Below are positions 31,363 to 40,497 of a stretch of DNA of 64,000 nucleotides, one piece after another; position 1 is the stretch's first letter; each line of letters starts with the position of its first letter. The notes under the pieces were generated by a model. The model was not told the DNA's origin. It saw only the letters and a program-made list of their open reading frames with translations, and searched no databases. This DNA comes from an uncultured Pirellulales bacterium (lineage in GTDB: Bacteria > Planctomycetota > Phycisphaerae > Sedimentisphaerales > Anaerobacaceae): the NCBI GenBank assembly GCA_964610435.1, contig CAZSXM010000003.1:86575-150574 (forward strand), written 5' to 3'. A program made the position numbers and the translations under genes.

Positions 31363-31974
31363 CTATATGCCGTCCGAGACGCCGAGTTGCTTCAGTGTCC
31401 GTTTGACCTGCTCGATGTCCTCATAGAGAATTCCCTTCATCCTGGCTTGGATCGCTCCGTCCACAAACAGTTGCCTGTCATCGATGAACGCACACCGCGA
31501 GGCGGACACGCCGAGCTTCTGTGCAGCGGTCTTGTAGATCTCTCGCTCCGGCTTGAACGTCCCCTCGGCGCACGAGAAGACCGCCGCATCGAACACGTCG
31601 TATCGCAACTCCAGGAAGAACTCCATCGCTGCCTGTTCGGTGTTCGACAGCAGGGCGGTCTTGTAGCCTTGCTGTCGCAGTTGTCCGGCCCAGCCAAACA
31701 CCTCCGGCCGGGGCGAGTGAACCGCGCGGAAGGCCTGACCCCACAGCGAGCGAATGTCCGGGACGGGCCGCTTCAGGTCGCCGCAGACGCGCTGCCAGAA
31801 CGCCCGCTCGGAGATCAGGCCTTTCTGAAAGGGCTCGCCGTGACGGTTGTGCGCCCGCTCATACTCGCGGACGCCGACGCCCAGCGTCTCGGCGCAGTAC
31901 GCCATCAGTCCTGGCGCTGGGTTGTCGATCAGCACCCCACCCCAGTCGAACAGGATCGCCTCGATTCGTTCCAT
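31363..31974 (-). CDS. HAD-superfamily hydrolase
   Basis: FDWGGV (motif I), LLSN, KPEREIY, FIDD. Confidence 0.88.
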   Translation of the reverse strand: MERIEAILFDWGGVLIDNPAPGLMAYCAETLGVGVREYERAHNRHGEPFQKGLISERAFWQRVCGDLKRPVPDIRSLWGQAFRAVHSPRPEVFGWAGQLRQQGYKTALLSNTEQAAMEFFLELRYDVFDAAVFSCAEGTFKPEREIYKTAAQKLGVSASRCAFIDDRQLFVDGAIQARMKGILYEDIEQVKRTLKQLGVSDGI

Positions 31975-32077
31975 GATTTTGCCAGCAGCATCTGTATTCA
32001 AACGGTTCGGTCTCCGGACGATACGGCCCCCGGACGCGCTGAGCAATAGTTTTCTCCCGCTCATCGACAGGCGGTCC

Positions 32078-32107
32078 TTGTGACAAGGCACCACTGGTGC
32101 GTATAAT
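32078..32107 (+). promoter_or_regulatory. Possible promoter TTGTGA-N18-TATAAT for rmuC
   Basis: TATAAT at 32102-32107, 35 nt before the ATG. Confidence 0.45.
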
Positions 32108-32142
32108 CGCGGTCGAACCGAGTTTAAGAGGTAGGTCCCTTC

Positions 32143-33567
32143 ATGGAATACGTCCTGATCGCCATCGCCAGTGTCCTCGTCGGCGCCGCCGGGGCGGCCT
32201 TGGCCGTCTACAGCGTCAGCCGGCGCAAGATCGGCGCGCTCGAGCGGCAGCATATGGCCGAGGCCCAGGCCCGCGTCCTCGCCGAAGAACGCAGCGCCAG
32301 GCTCCCCGCGATGGAGACGCAGATCACCGGCTTGCAGCAGGAATGCTCGGCGCTGAAGGCCGAGCGCGCCGCCCTTATGACCCGGCTCGAAGAACAAGAG
32401 AAGGCCGCCAAGGAGAAACTCGCCCTGCTGGACGAGGCCCGGCAGAAACTCTCCGACGCCTTCAAAGCCCTTTCACAGGAGGCCCTCAAGAGCAACAGCA
32501 CCCAGTTTCTCGAACTGGCCCGGACCAATCTCGACAAGTACCAGGAAGGGGCGAAGAGCGAGCTGGAGAAGCGGCAGAAGGCCATCGACGAGTTGGTCAA
32601 GCCGTTGAAGGAATCGCTCACGAAGGTGGACGACAAGCTCGGGCTGATCGAGAAGGCCCGCGCCAGCAGCTTTGCGGCGCTGAGCGAGCAGATCAAATCG
32701 CTGGCGACGTCCGAGGCCGACCTGAAGAAGGAGACCGCCAACCTCGTCACGGCCCTACGCCGGCCCGACGTGCGCGGCCGATGGGGCGAGATTCAGTTGA
32801 AGCGCGTGGTCGAGATCGCCGGGATGGTGGAGTACTGCGACTTCGTGACGCAGGAATCCGCGGCGGTCGGCGCCGGACGCATTCGTCCGGACATGATCGT
32901 ACGGCTGCCGAACGAGCGCATCGTCGTCGTGGATTCGAAGACGCCGCTCGATGCCTACCTCGCGTCGATCGAGGCGGTCGATGAGGCGACGCGCAAAGAG
33001 CAGCTCAAGCGCCACGCCGGACACGTGCTGACCCAGATCCAGAACCTCGGCGCCAAGGGCTATTGGGACCAGCTCCCTCAGACGCCCGAGTTCGTTGTGA
33101 TGTTCCTGCCGGGCGAGATGTTCTTCAGCGCTGCGCTCGAGCAGGAGCCGCGGCTGATCGAGATGGGCGTCGAGAAGAAGGTCATCCTCGCGACCCCGAC
33201 CACGCTGATCGCCTTGCTCCGCGCGGTCTCCTACGGCTGGCAGCAGCAGCGGATCGCCCAAAACGCCCAGGCGATCAGCGACTTGGGCAAGGAGCTGTAC
33301 GACCGCGTCCGCGTGCTCGTCGGCCACTTCGATGAGATCGGCAGGAACCTTGACCGGGCCACCGACGCCTACAACAGGACCGTCCGCTCGATGGAGAGCC
33401 GTGTCCTCGTCTCCGCGCGCAAGTTCAAGGAACTCGGCGTTGCCGGCGGCCCCGAACTCGATGTCCCCCGCACCGTCGACACCCGCGCCCTTCAGAGCCC
33501 CGAAACGAACAGGGCCGATTCTCCCGGCGCGCCGCAGGACGTTCCGCCGGCATCGGGACCGACATAG
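32143..33567 (+). CDS. rmuC: DNA recombination protein RmuC
   Basis: N-terminal TM, coiled coil, [47 protein letters not shown]. Confidence 0.95.
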   Translation: MEYVLIAIASVLVGAAGAALAVYSVSRRKIGALERQHMAEAQARVLAEERSARLPAMETQITGLQQECSALKAERAALMTRLEEQEKAAKEKLALLDEARQKLSDAFKALSQEALKSNSTQFLELARTNLDKYQEGAKSELEKRQKAIDELVKPLKESLTKVDDKLGLIEKARASSFAALSEQIKSLATSEADLKKETANLVTALRRPDVRGRWGEIQLKRVVEIAGMVEYCDFVTQESAAVGAGRIRPDMIVRLPNERIVVVDSKTPLDAYLASIEAVDEATRKEQLKRHAGHVLTQIQNLGAKGYWDQLPQTPEFVVMFLPGEMFFSAALEQEPRLIEMGVEKKVILATPTTLIALLRAVSYGWQQQRIAQNAQAISDLGKELYDRVRVLVGHFDEIGRNLDRATDAYNRTVRSMESRVLVSARKFKELGVAGGPELDVPRTVDTRALQSPETNRADSPGAPQDVPPASGPT

Positions 33568-33607
33568 TTTGGACTGCGTGGGAGATTTCTCAGAGGCGCA
33601 AAATCGC

Positions 33608-33636
33608 GGGCCGTGGCGGAGCGACCGCCACGGCCC
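33608..33636. terminator. Perfect 12-bp hairpin between convergent genes
   Basis: gggccgtggcgg-agcga-ccgccacggccc. No clear U-tail. Confidence 0.5.
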
Positions 33637-33662
33637 GTCCTTCCAAGGTAGGGGGGGTCACT

Positions 33663-34343
33663 CTACTTGTTTCGGCGCTTCCGCGCCAGGGCCAGGCCAC
33701 CGAAGGCGAGCAGCGCGACGGTTGTGGGCTCGGGGACCGACATGGCCCCGCTGAATCCGCCGCTGCCGATGTAGCCGCCGTCGAGCATCTGGGCGAAGCT
33801 GTAGTAGCCCGGGCCACTTCCACCTTGAAGCGATAGCTCAAAATCGAGCGAGGGTAGTTGCAGGTTTTGGAGGAGGGCCAGCGCCGCCGATCCCAGCGCT
33901 GCGCCTTCGTGCGTGATGAAGAGGTTGGTGATGTCCACCTGGAACTGCGTAAACCCGCCGGCCACCGTGCCCATGGTGACCAGGTCGCCTCGACCCAATG
34001 TTCCGGTCAGGTAGGTGACGCTGTTGTCGACGCTCTTGATGGCGATCTCAGCGCTTCCCAGCGGCGTCAGTGTATACGGCGAGTCGGGGATGCCGGTGAC
34101 TTCAAAGGTCGGCAGATAGACGCGGGCGCCGACCAGGGCGTCGTAGTTGCTGCTCAGGCCGGAGTAGACGATGATGTCCTGGTCGAAGCTCAGCACGCCG
34201 GCGCCGTTGTAGTACCATTCGCCCGCCCCAGCGGGTGCCGGGCTGAATTCCAGCATCTGCTGCGGCGGGATAGTGCCGCCGAGTGCAGAAACGCCCGCGA
34301 GCATGGCGAGCACGGCTATTGGCGTCAAGGATGCTCTCATCAT
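33663..34343 (-). CDS. PEP-CTERM sorting-domain surface protein
   Basis: Signal peptide; C-terminal VPEPTTVALLAFGGLALARKRRNK; GGAGA RBS. Confidence 0.88.
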   Translation of the reverse strand: MMRASLTPIAVLAMLAGVSALGGTIPPQQMLEFSPAPAGAGEWYYNGAGVLSFDQDIIVYSGLSSNYDALVGARVYLPTFEVTGIPDSPYTLTPLGSAEIAIKSVDNSVTYLTGTLGRGDLVTMGTVAGGFTQFQVDITNLFITHEGAALGSAALALLQNLQLPSLDFELSLQGGSGPGYYSFAQMLDGGYIGSGGFSGAMSVPEPTTVALLAFGGLALARKRRNK

Positions 34344-34381
34344 CTCTCCGTCGTTTTTGTCGTCCGGCAATGCTTGCGTTC

Positions 34382-35149
34382 TCACGCGGTCACTCTGCTT
34401 CTGCGATGGAGTATGGCAAGCCCCCCCCCCAATCCGAGCAGAACGAGGGTCGCCGGTTCGGGCACTTCGACGAGGTAGTTCTGGTTGCCGTTGTGCGTGA
34501 TGACGAGCAGGTCGGCCTTGGCCCCGGTCCCGGTCAGTTCGTGAAGCCACTTGTTGGCGGTCGCGACGTCAAGGTTGACGGCGCTGAACCCGCCGCCGGG
34601 CGTTCCGCCAACGGTGACGTCCCAACCGGCGGGCGTCTCCGGCAGCTTCTCATAGATGATCTCCCATACCGCCGCGGCGAATACGGCGGCCATGCTGTTC
34701 TGCTGTTCGGTGTAGGGACCGCCGCTGGCCCAGGACGGATCGTAATGCTTGGCCCACAGCTCACGGAGGTAGTTGCCTTTGGCGGTGCCGAGGATCTCCC
34801 CGGTGTACGTGTTGTACACGTCGTCGGGCATGCCCACCTTGTACGTCACTGTCGTCTTCGGCGGGGGTTCCTGCAACTCAATACAGAACCCTGGAATCCA
34901 GCCGTTGGACCACGTGTCACCGATGCCGGTGCTGTTGGTCTTGTGGAGCATGTACACGCCGGCGGCCACGACGTCGCCGGCGTATCCGGCGCCCCAGAAT
35001 GTGATGCTGTCGTAGGCGCCGAAGCCATCGTGTACGGCGTCCACGGTGTTGGCCTGAAGAAGCGGCGCGCCCGGCAGCAGCAGGGCGACGATGAAGACCG
35101 CCCGAAGCCGTCCTGATGCGTTCAAACGTGGAACCTGCACCTGTGGCAT
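34382..35149 (-). CDS. PEP-CTERM surface protein with thioester-domain-like motifs
   Basis: Signal peptide; GFCIELQE; VFAAAVWEIIYE; C-terminal VPEPATLVLLGLGGGLAILHRR. Confidence 0.85.
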   Translation of the reverse strand: MPQVQVPRLNASGRLRAVFIVALLLPGAPLLQANTVDAVHDGFGAYDSITFWGAGYAGDVVAAGVYMLHKTNSTGIGDTWSNGWIPGFCIELQEPPPKTTVTYKVGMPDDVYNTYTGEILGTAKGNYLRELWAKHYDPSWASGGPYTEQQNSMAAVFAAAVWEIIYEKLPETPAGWDVTVGGTPGGGFSAVNLDVATANKWLHELTGTGAKADLLVITHNGNQNYLVEVPEPATLVLLGLGGGLAILHRRSRVTA

Positions 35150-35316
35150 TGGTCCTGCAACCCCCCGGTCGCAGACGGGCTTGCGGAAGCATCCTTGGAG
35201 AGTGCGTCCGAGCCGTCGAACGAAACTGCCAAACCTACCTTGAGTGCCCACGAAGGAAAGCGATGAGCACCCCCCCATTTCGAATGGATCGCTCCGTGGA
35301 ACGATCTACAGGGCTC

Positions 35317-35345
35317 AGTCTACCTTATTTCAGACCCGATGTCAA
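35317..35345 (-). promoter_or_regulatory. Sigma70-type promoter TTGACA-N17-TAGACT for the PEP-CTERM pair
   Basis: Perfect -35 at 35345-35340; -10 at 35322-35317. Confidence 0.7.
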
Positions 35346-35565
35346 GAGAATTGGCGCGAATCAGGTGACAGGAGTCCACTTTCTGTCGAGCCCCTCGCTT
35401 CCTGGACTGCCAGGTGCGCGATTATAGGGCGAGCCTCACACCTCCCGTCGCCGGTTTGGAGGGCCGAGTTCTCGGGGCTCGCGGCCGTCTGCCGAGGGGA
35501 ATCGCATCGCCAGGGAGGGGCCATGCCATTCGCTCTTGACGATCGTATGATGCATTGAACGTCTT

Positions 35566-35844
35566 TGTGGATAACATGTGGACAAGTTGGCCGTGACGGC
35601 GATCTTCGCTCTTTGTCTTCGCCTCCTTATAGCAACTGCTGTTCCCGGCAGCAGCCGGTTTGCTCGCTACGTCACGACGGTGTCTCTGAGGCGTTGCGTA
35701 ACACTTGTACTGAAAAAGGATTACAGATCGGGATTCTTCCCTTCTTGGACGGGATTTTCGTGGCTCAGCCGTAAAGACCCTGCCCCGACAGGAGTTTCTC
35801 CGACTTGGGAGCCCTTCGCAGCCTGTGCGCCTTTCGGTGGATAA
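35566..35844. promoter_or_regulatory. Three co-oriented DnaA-box-like 9-mers
   Basis: TGTGGATAA 35566-35574 (perfect), TGTGGACAA 35577-35585, GGTGGATAA 35836-35844. Confidence 0.45.
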
Positions 35845-35926
35845 ACCGTAGAAAAGGCCCTTCCAATGGCTGTTGGCGGCCTGCAAAAGGGCCTTCCGCG
35901 AAGCCTCCAGCCTGGCAGAGAGTTCC

Positions 35927-35955
35927 CTGGCATCCTGGCCGGGGACGGATATAAT
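35927..35955 (+). promoter_or_regulatory. Possible promoter CTGGCA-N17-TATAAT
   Basis: TATAAT at 35950-35955, upstream of the RBS CAGGAG and ATG at 36004. Confidence 0.5.
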
Positions 35956-36003
35956 GAGGCTGGACATTGGCGGTGTGAAGATGCCACCGCACAGGAGATT
36001 CCT

Positions 36004-36534
36004 ATGGTGGGTGTGGGAAATCGAACCTTATTGGCACTCCTCATCGGCATTGGGTTGTGCCTGGGTTGCTCGCGACAGGCCGAGCGAACCGCCAAGCGGA
36101 CGGACCGGCTGGTTTGGACCGCACCGGACTGGGGTCCGCAGACCGACGGTGTGCAATGCCGGCTGCGCCCCACCAAGCGGCTCTGGCAGCGCGGCGAGAC
36201 GCCGACCTTCAAACTCGACCTCCACAATCGAGGCAAACGCCAGTTTGCGTTCGATGTTTGCGAGCCGATCCGGCCCGATCGTGTCGCGGTCGACGGCCGG
36301 TGGCATCACCGACGTCGGGACGAGATGCGCCAGGCGAAGGTCCGCCTGCTGGGCCCGGGCGTCGAATTCATCGACTTGAAGCTATCGCTTCCTGCCGCAA
36401 TGGCATTGCCGCTTGGCCCGGGTCGTCATACGATCCAGATCGCGCTGGACCTCGAGGACCTTACGGTGCTGAGCAACCCGGTCGGTATCGAAATCGCCGA
36501 TCCGCCCGCAAGCGGTATTGCGGTCGACCGATAG
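36004..36534 (+). CDS. Hypothetical lipoprotein
   Basis: Good RBS; hydrophobic stretch ending in lipobox-like LCLGC; Ig-like beta-rich tail. Confidence 0.7.
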   Translation: MVGVGNRTLLALLIGIGLCLGCSRQAERTAKRTDRLVWTAPDWGPQTDGVQCRLRPTKRLWQRGETPTFKLDLHNRGKRQFAFDVCEPIRPDRVAVDGRWHHRRRDEMRQAKVRLLGPGVEFIDLKLSLPAAMALPLGPGRHTIQIALDLEDLTVLSNPVGIEIADPPASGIAVDR

Positions 36535-36579
36535 TGGCAACGGGGTCCGCCGGGGCGTGCCTCGGAATCCATCTTGCGA

Positions 36580-38133
36580 TTATTGCACGCTTGACCGGCC
36601 CACCGGGTAGGCCTCCGTGTCGCCGGTCTTGGATGTTGCGCCCGTGATCGAATTGACGACGCTGATGCGTGTTGGGCCGACGACCGCTTCGAGCAAGGCT
36701 GCGCCGTCCGCTGCCATGGGCCCGGCGATCAACTCCGGCACACTGTAGAGATGGTAGCAGGACGCATAGAAAGACGGATGTTCCTGCGGCAAGACAAAGG
36801 GTTTGCGTGTCCTTCCGCCTTCGTCCACGTGGCTGATGAACGGCCGAGTGAACAGGCCTCCCTGTCGTTTGCTGCTGAACACGATCCACCGGCTGTTGCT
36901 CGACCAACTGTGCCACGACTCAGAGTACTCGCTGTTGGCGGAGGTCTTCCAGTACTCGCCGGTGCTGAGGTCCATCATGTACAGGTCGCTGGTGGGCTGA
37001 TAGACCGGGAAGCAGCCGTACCGGCTCATGCAGAACAGCAGAAACCGGCCGTCCGGTGAGACGCGAGGCAACAGGATACTCAGGCCGGTGTCGGCGGCGC
37101 TCAGCACCGTCTCCAACGCACCCCAGGTGTCCGTCTCGACATCGTAGGCTATTCGCATCAGGTCGTATTGCACCTCGTCGTATCGCCTGGGCGGCACCGT
37201 CTCCATATCGGTCCATAACAGCGGCGCGCTGCAGAAGTAGAGATACTTGCCGTCCGGCGTCCAGGCCGGATAGGTCTCCAGCCGTGCCTTGTCCGACAGG
37301 GCGGGAGCTGTCTTGGTCTCGTTCTTCTCGATGTCGTGATAGACAATGAGCGAGTCGAGGTCAACAACGTCGTGGATCTCGTTCTGAGCCGTGTGAAAGA
37401 ACTGCCTGACGTCGTTGATGGAATAGGTGACGATCCGGCCGCTCGGGTGCCATGCGGTGTACCCGAACTTGGCGCCGATCTTCTCGACGCCGCCAGCATG
37501 GGCGTAGACGGTCGCGCTGGGAAACGTGGTGCTGCGAATCCCGATCAACATCGGATCGGGACGGTTGCCGACGAAGCTGTGGCAGTTGGCGCAGCCGTTC
37601 CCATAGGAGCGGGTGTCGAGCAGGACCTCCTCGTCGAAGGTTTCGAGGTTTCGCTGGCGGATCTGCATCGGCTTGGGAAAGTACGACGAAGGCGTCATGA
37701 AGCGATAGACCAGATGCGAATCAATCGTCTCCTCCGCAATCGTATTCGTGATGGTCTCGTACCGGTTCCATAGGCCGCTCTCGGTCTTCACATAGACGTC
37801 GACCGAAAGCTCCTTGCCGGCATTGGCGCCCAGCAGGTCCTTCCATCTCTTCTCAGAGATGACGATGTCCCCTGTCCTGGCAGCGACTTCGATCGGTTCG
37901 CCGGAGGCCGAATAGACTTTGACCGCATATCTTTCGCCGGGCTCGTCGATTGTGAAATTCAACGGGGCCACGTTCGGCGGGACGACGATGCCCACATAGT
38001 CCGGCGTGATCCTGGGCCGTCGCGCCACCGCCACGGGCGCGTCCGGGCCCTCGTCCTTGCACGAGCCCAGAACGAAGGCCGCCACCACCGCACATGTGAC
38101 GAAGGGCACTGTCCATGACTTGCGTGATCTCAT
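36580..38133 (-). CDS. TolB-like/PD40 beta-propeller lipoprotein
   Basis: Lipobox VLGSC; ITPDY.GIVVPPNVAPLNF; CANCH; ETYPAWTPDG, PRVSPDG, SWHSWSSNSRWIVFSSKR. Confidence 0.82.
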   Translation of the reverse strand: MRSRKSWTVPFVTCAVVAAFVLGSCKDEGPDAPVAVARRPRITPDYVGIVVPPNVAPLNFTIDEPGERYAVKVYSASGEPIEVAARTGDIVISEKRWKDLLGANAGKELSVDVYVKTESGLWNRYETITNTIAEETIDSHLVYRFMTPSSYFPKPMQIRQRNLETFDEEVLLDTRSYGNGCANCHSFVGNRPDPMLIGIRSTTFPSATVYAHAGGVEKIGAKFGYTAWHPSGRIVTYSINDVRQFFHTAQNEIHDVVDLDSLIVYHDIEKNETKTAPALSDKARLETYPAWTPDGKYLYFCSAPLLWTDMETVPPRRYDEVQYDLMRIAYDVETDTWGALETVLSAADTGLSILLPRVSPDGRFLLFCMSRYGCFPVYQPTSDLYMMDLSTGEYWKTSANSEYSESWHSWSSNSRWIVFSSKRQGGLFTRPFISHVDEGGRTRKPFVLPQEHPSFYASCYHLYSVPELIAGPMAADGAALLEAVVGPTRISVVNSITGATSKTGDTEAYPVGRSSVQ

Positions 38134-38379
38134 CGGAGCGTTCTCGGATGCGCCCCTTCGCAGGGTCTGTCGATCCTGTTGCATTCTCCCGACACGGTGT
38201 CGGCGCAATTCGTGGTGGCGTGACGCGGTGCAGAGCCACTCGGACCTCATTGTACCGCCGTTGCCGTAGGAACCAACGTTTTTCCTGTTGGCTTTGACGT
38301 CCATGCACTATATTCGACGTCGGCGCGTCAGCCAGTGTGGCATGCAAGAATCAAGTAGCTCCAAGCAGAAGGCCGGGAT

Positions 38380-40272
38380 TTGGGAACCGAGGACCGTAGG
38401 ACAAGGGCCAGTGCGGACCGGACAGGCCGCCGATGGTTGGAGTTGTGGCTGTGGGCAGGTCTCTTCCTGGGGCTGTTCGTCTACGTCTGGATGGGAATTC
38501 GGCCCCAGTGGCTGCATTCTGGATTCGGCGTGTTCGCGGCCTATCCGGTCTTCTCCTGGGAGAACGCGTTCCTGCGATTCGCACTGAGCGTTCCCGGCGG
38601 GGCACTGAGCGCGCTGGCCGCGCTGCTGGCGCAGACGTATCGCACGCCGCTGGGGGCCCTGGTGATTGTTGCGATGTCGTGTGTGCTTCTCGGCGGCGTG
38701 TTGTGCCTGCTCCGTTCGATACGGGCCGGCAGGCTCAGAGATGTGGCATGGGCGCCAGTCATCCTCGTCCTGATGATCTACAGCCGCTACGACGATCCGT
38801 TGCCGGTGCTGCTGGCCCTGGGCCTGTCGATCTGGATGGCGGTTCTGTACCAGGCGGTTCCAATGAGGACCCTGCCGGTGCAAGCAGGCGTGTTCGCGGT
38901 CCTCTTTGCGCTGGCCTACTGGTGGGCCGGAGCGGCGGCCTTCGTCTTCGCCGGCGTCGTCTGCCTGATCGAGGTCTTGCACCATCGAAAGGCTGTGGCG
39001 GCGATCGTCCAAGTCGTCCTTGCCGGCGGCGGGGCGTTCGTCCTGGGTCGAGTCATCTTCGGTCTTGAACCGCAGGTGATCTACACCGTCGGCACCCTAT
39101 GGGATTCGAGCGGCCGCTTCGAGTTCGCCGCCTTCTCACGTTCGCTGATCGTCGTTCTCTATGCCTTCGTCCCGGCCCTGATCCTGGCGGTCTTCCTGGG
39201 TCGTGTTCTCGGCGGCGTTCCGCGCATCTCGCATGTCCACGCACGACAAGGCGAGCGGAGACGCTCGCCCTACCGGCTCTGGACCGTGGCGCGTGTGCTC
39301 GCAGTGCTTGTGACGGCGGTCGTGTGTCTGATGGTTTCACGAAATCACCTTCGTGACGAGCGGGCGCTGCACCATTACGCACAGCAGAGGGACTGGGAGC
39401 AGGTGGTCGCCCTGGCCCATCGGATGCGCGGCAAGTGCCCCTTCACTCGTTCGGGCGTCTTCGATACCAACCGCGCGCTGGCGCACCTGGGTCGGCTGGG
39501 CGATGAGCTGTGCGCCTATCCTCAGGACGAAACCAGGACGCTGTTTCTGGGTTTCGACGCCATGTTCGGGCGATTTCAGCACGCCAAGCTGCTCGAACTG
39601 TACCTCGACCTGGGCTGCCCGAACGCGGCCGAGAAGAACGCCTATGAGTTGCTGGACAATGAAGGACCGTCCCCGTACGTGCTGGAGGCGATGGTCCGAA
39701 TCCATCTGGCCAAGGGCCGGCATCAGTCGGCACGGATCGCCTTCGAGGCGCTGCGGAAGCACGCCGGCAGCGGGCCGACCATTCGCCGATGGCAGGACGT
39801 TATCGCCGATCCCGCCAAGGCCGACAGCCATCCGCAGATCCTGGCCTGGCGCCGGGCGCAGGCGACAACGGACCATGCCGTGGCCGGGATCGCTTTCGAG
39901 CCGCTGCTCAGACGATTGCTGCACGATACACCGGACCATCGACTGGCGTTTGAATACCTCATGGCGCACCTTCTGCTCAAGCATCAGCGGGCCGCGATTG
40001 TGAGTGGCCTGTCTCTGCTGGCGCCGCTGGGTTACACGCGGCTCCCACGTCACTACGCCGAGGCTGTGCTCGTCCGTTCGCTCGAGACCAAGGCCCCGCC
40101 GGACACGCGAGGATGGACGATCGACCCGGAGGTGAACGACCAGTTCCGCCAGATTCGAGCCGCCGTGCAGAACGCACGCGGCGACAACCAGGTCGTCTTC
40201 GATACGCTGGCCGCCCGTTACGGCGACACATACACCTTCTACAGCCTCTTCAACACCTGCGGCGTCAAGTGA
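38380..40272 (+). CDS. DUF6057-like membrane protein with C-terminal TPR-like region
   Basis: Multiple TM segments, then NRALAHLGRLGDELCAYPQ, AFEYLMAHLLL, PRHYAEA, YGDTYTFY. TTG start uncertain. Confidence 0.75.
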   Translation: MGTEDRRTRASADRTGRRWLELWLWAGLFLGLFVYVWMGIRPQWLHSGFGVFAAYPVFSWENAFLRFALSVPGGALSALAALLAQTYRTPLGALVIVAMSCVLLGGVLCLLRSIRAGRLRDVAWAPVILVLMIYSRYDDPLPVLLALGLSIWMAVLYQAVPMRTLPVQAGVFAVLFALAYWWAGAAAFVFAGVVCLIEVLHHRKAVAAIVQVVLAGGGAFVLGRVIFGLEPQVIYTVGTLWDSSGRFEFAAFSRSLIVVLYAFVPALILAVFLGRVLGGVPRISHVHARQGERRRSPYRLWTVARVLAVLVTAVVCLMVSRNHLRDERALHHYAQQRDWEQVVALAHRMRGKCPFTRSGVFDTNRALAHLGRLGDELCAYPQDETRTLFLGFDAMFGRFQHAKLLELYLDLGCPNAAEKNAYELLDNEGPSPYVLEAMVRIHLAKGRHQSARIAFEALRKHAGSGPTIRRWQDVIADPAKADSHPQILAWRRAQATTDHAVAGIAFEPLLRRLLHDTPDHRLAFEYLMAHLLLKHQRAAIVSGLSLLAPLGYTRLPRHYAEAVLVRSLETKAPPDTRGWTIDPEVNDQFRQIRAAVQNARGDNQVVFDTLAARYGDTYTFYSLFNTCGVK

Positions 40273-40435
40273 AACGGCCAACCCTCATCACCAGGGGGGC
40301 TTTCCCTTCTTCTCATTCTTGACAGGCACTGTTCGTGTGCGGTCAGACCGCAGTGCTCATCGCATAAGTCGCTGCATTCGGGTGCGTTGCGCCCGTTCGC
40401 CAGGGCGTGGTCGCCGGGCGCGCCGCGGAACGACA

Positions 40436-40464
40436 AAGGGCTGCGAGATGAGCGCGCAGCCCTT
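40436..40464 (-). terminator. Hairpin downstream of the 41016 gene
   Basis: Perfect 10-bp stem aagggctgcg/cgcagccctt; weak U-tail on the minus strand. Confidence 0.55.
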
Positions 40465-40497
40465 GCTGGTTGAGTGTGACGTCGCTTGCAGGTGGGG

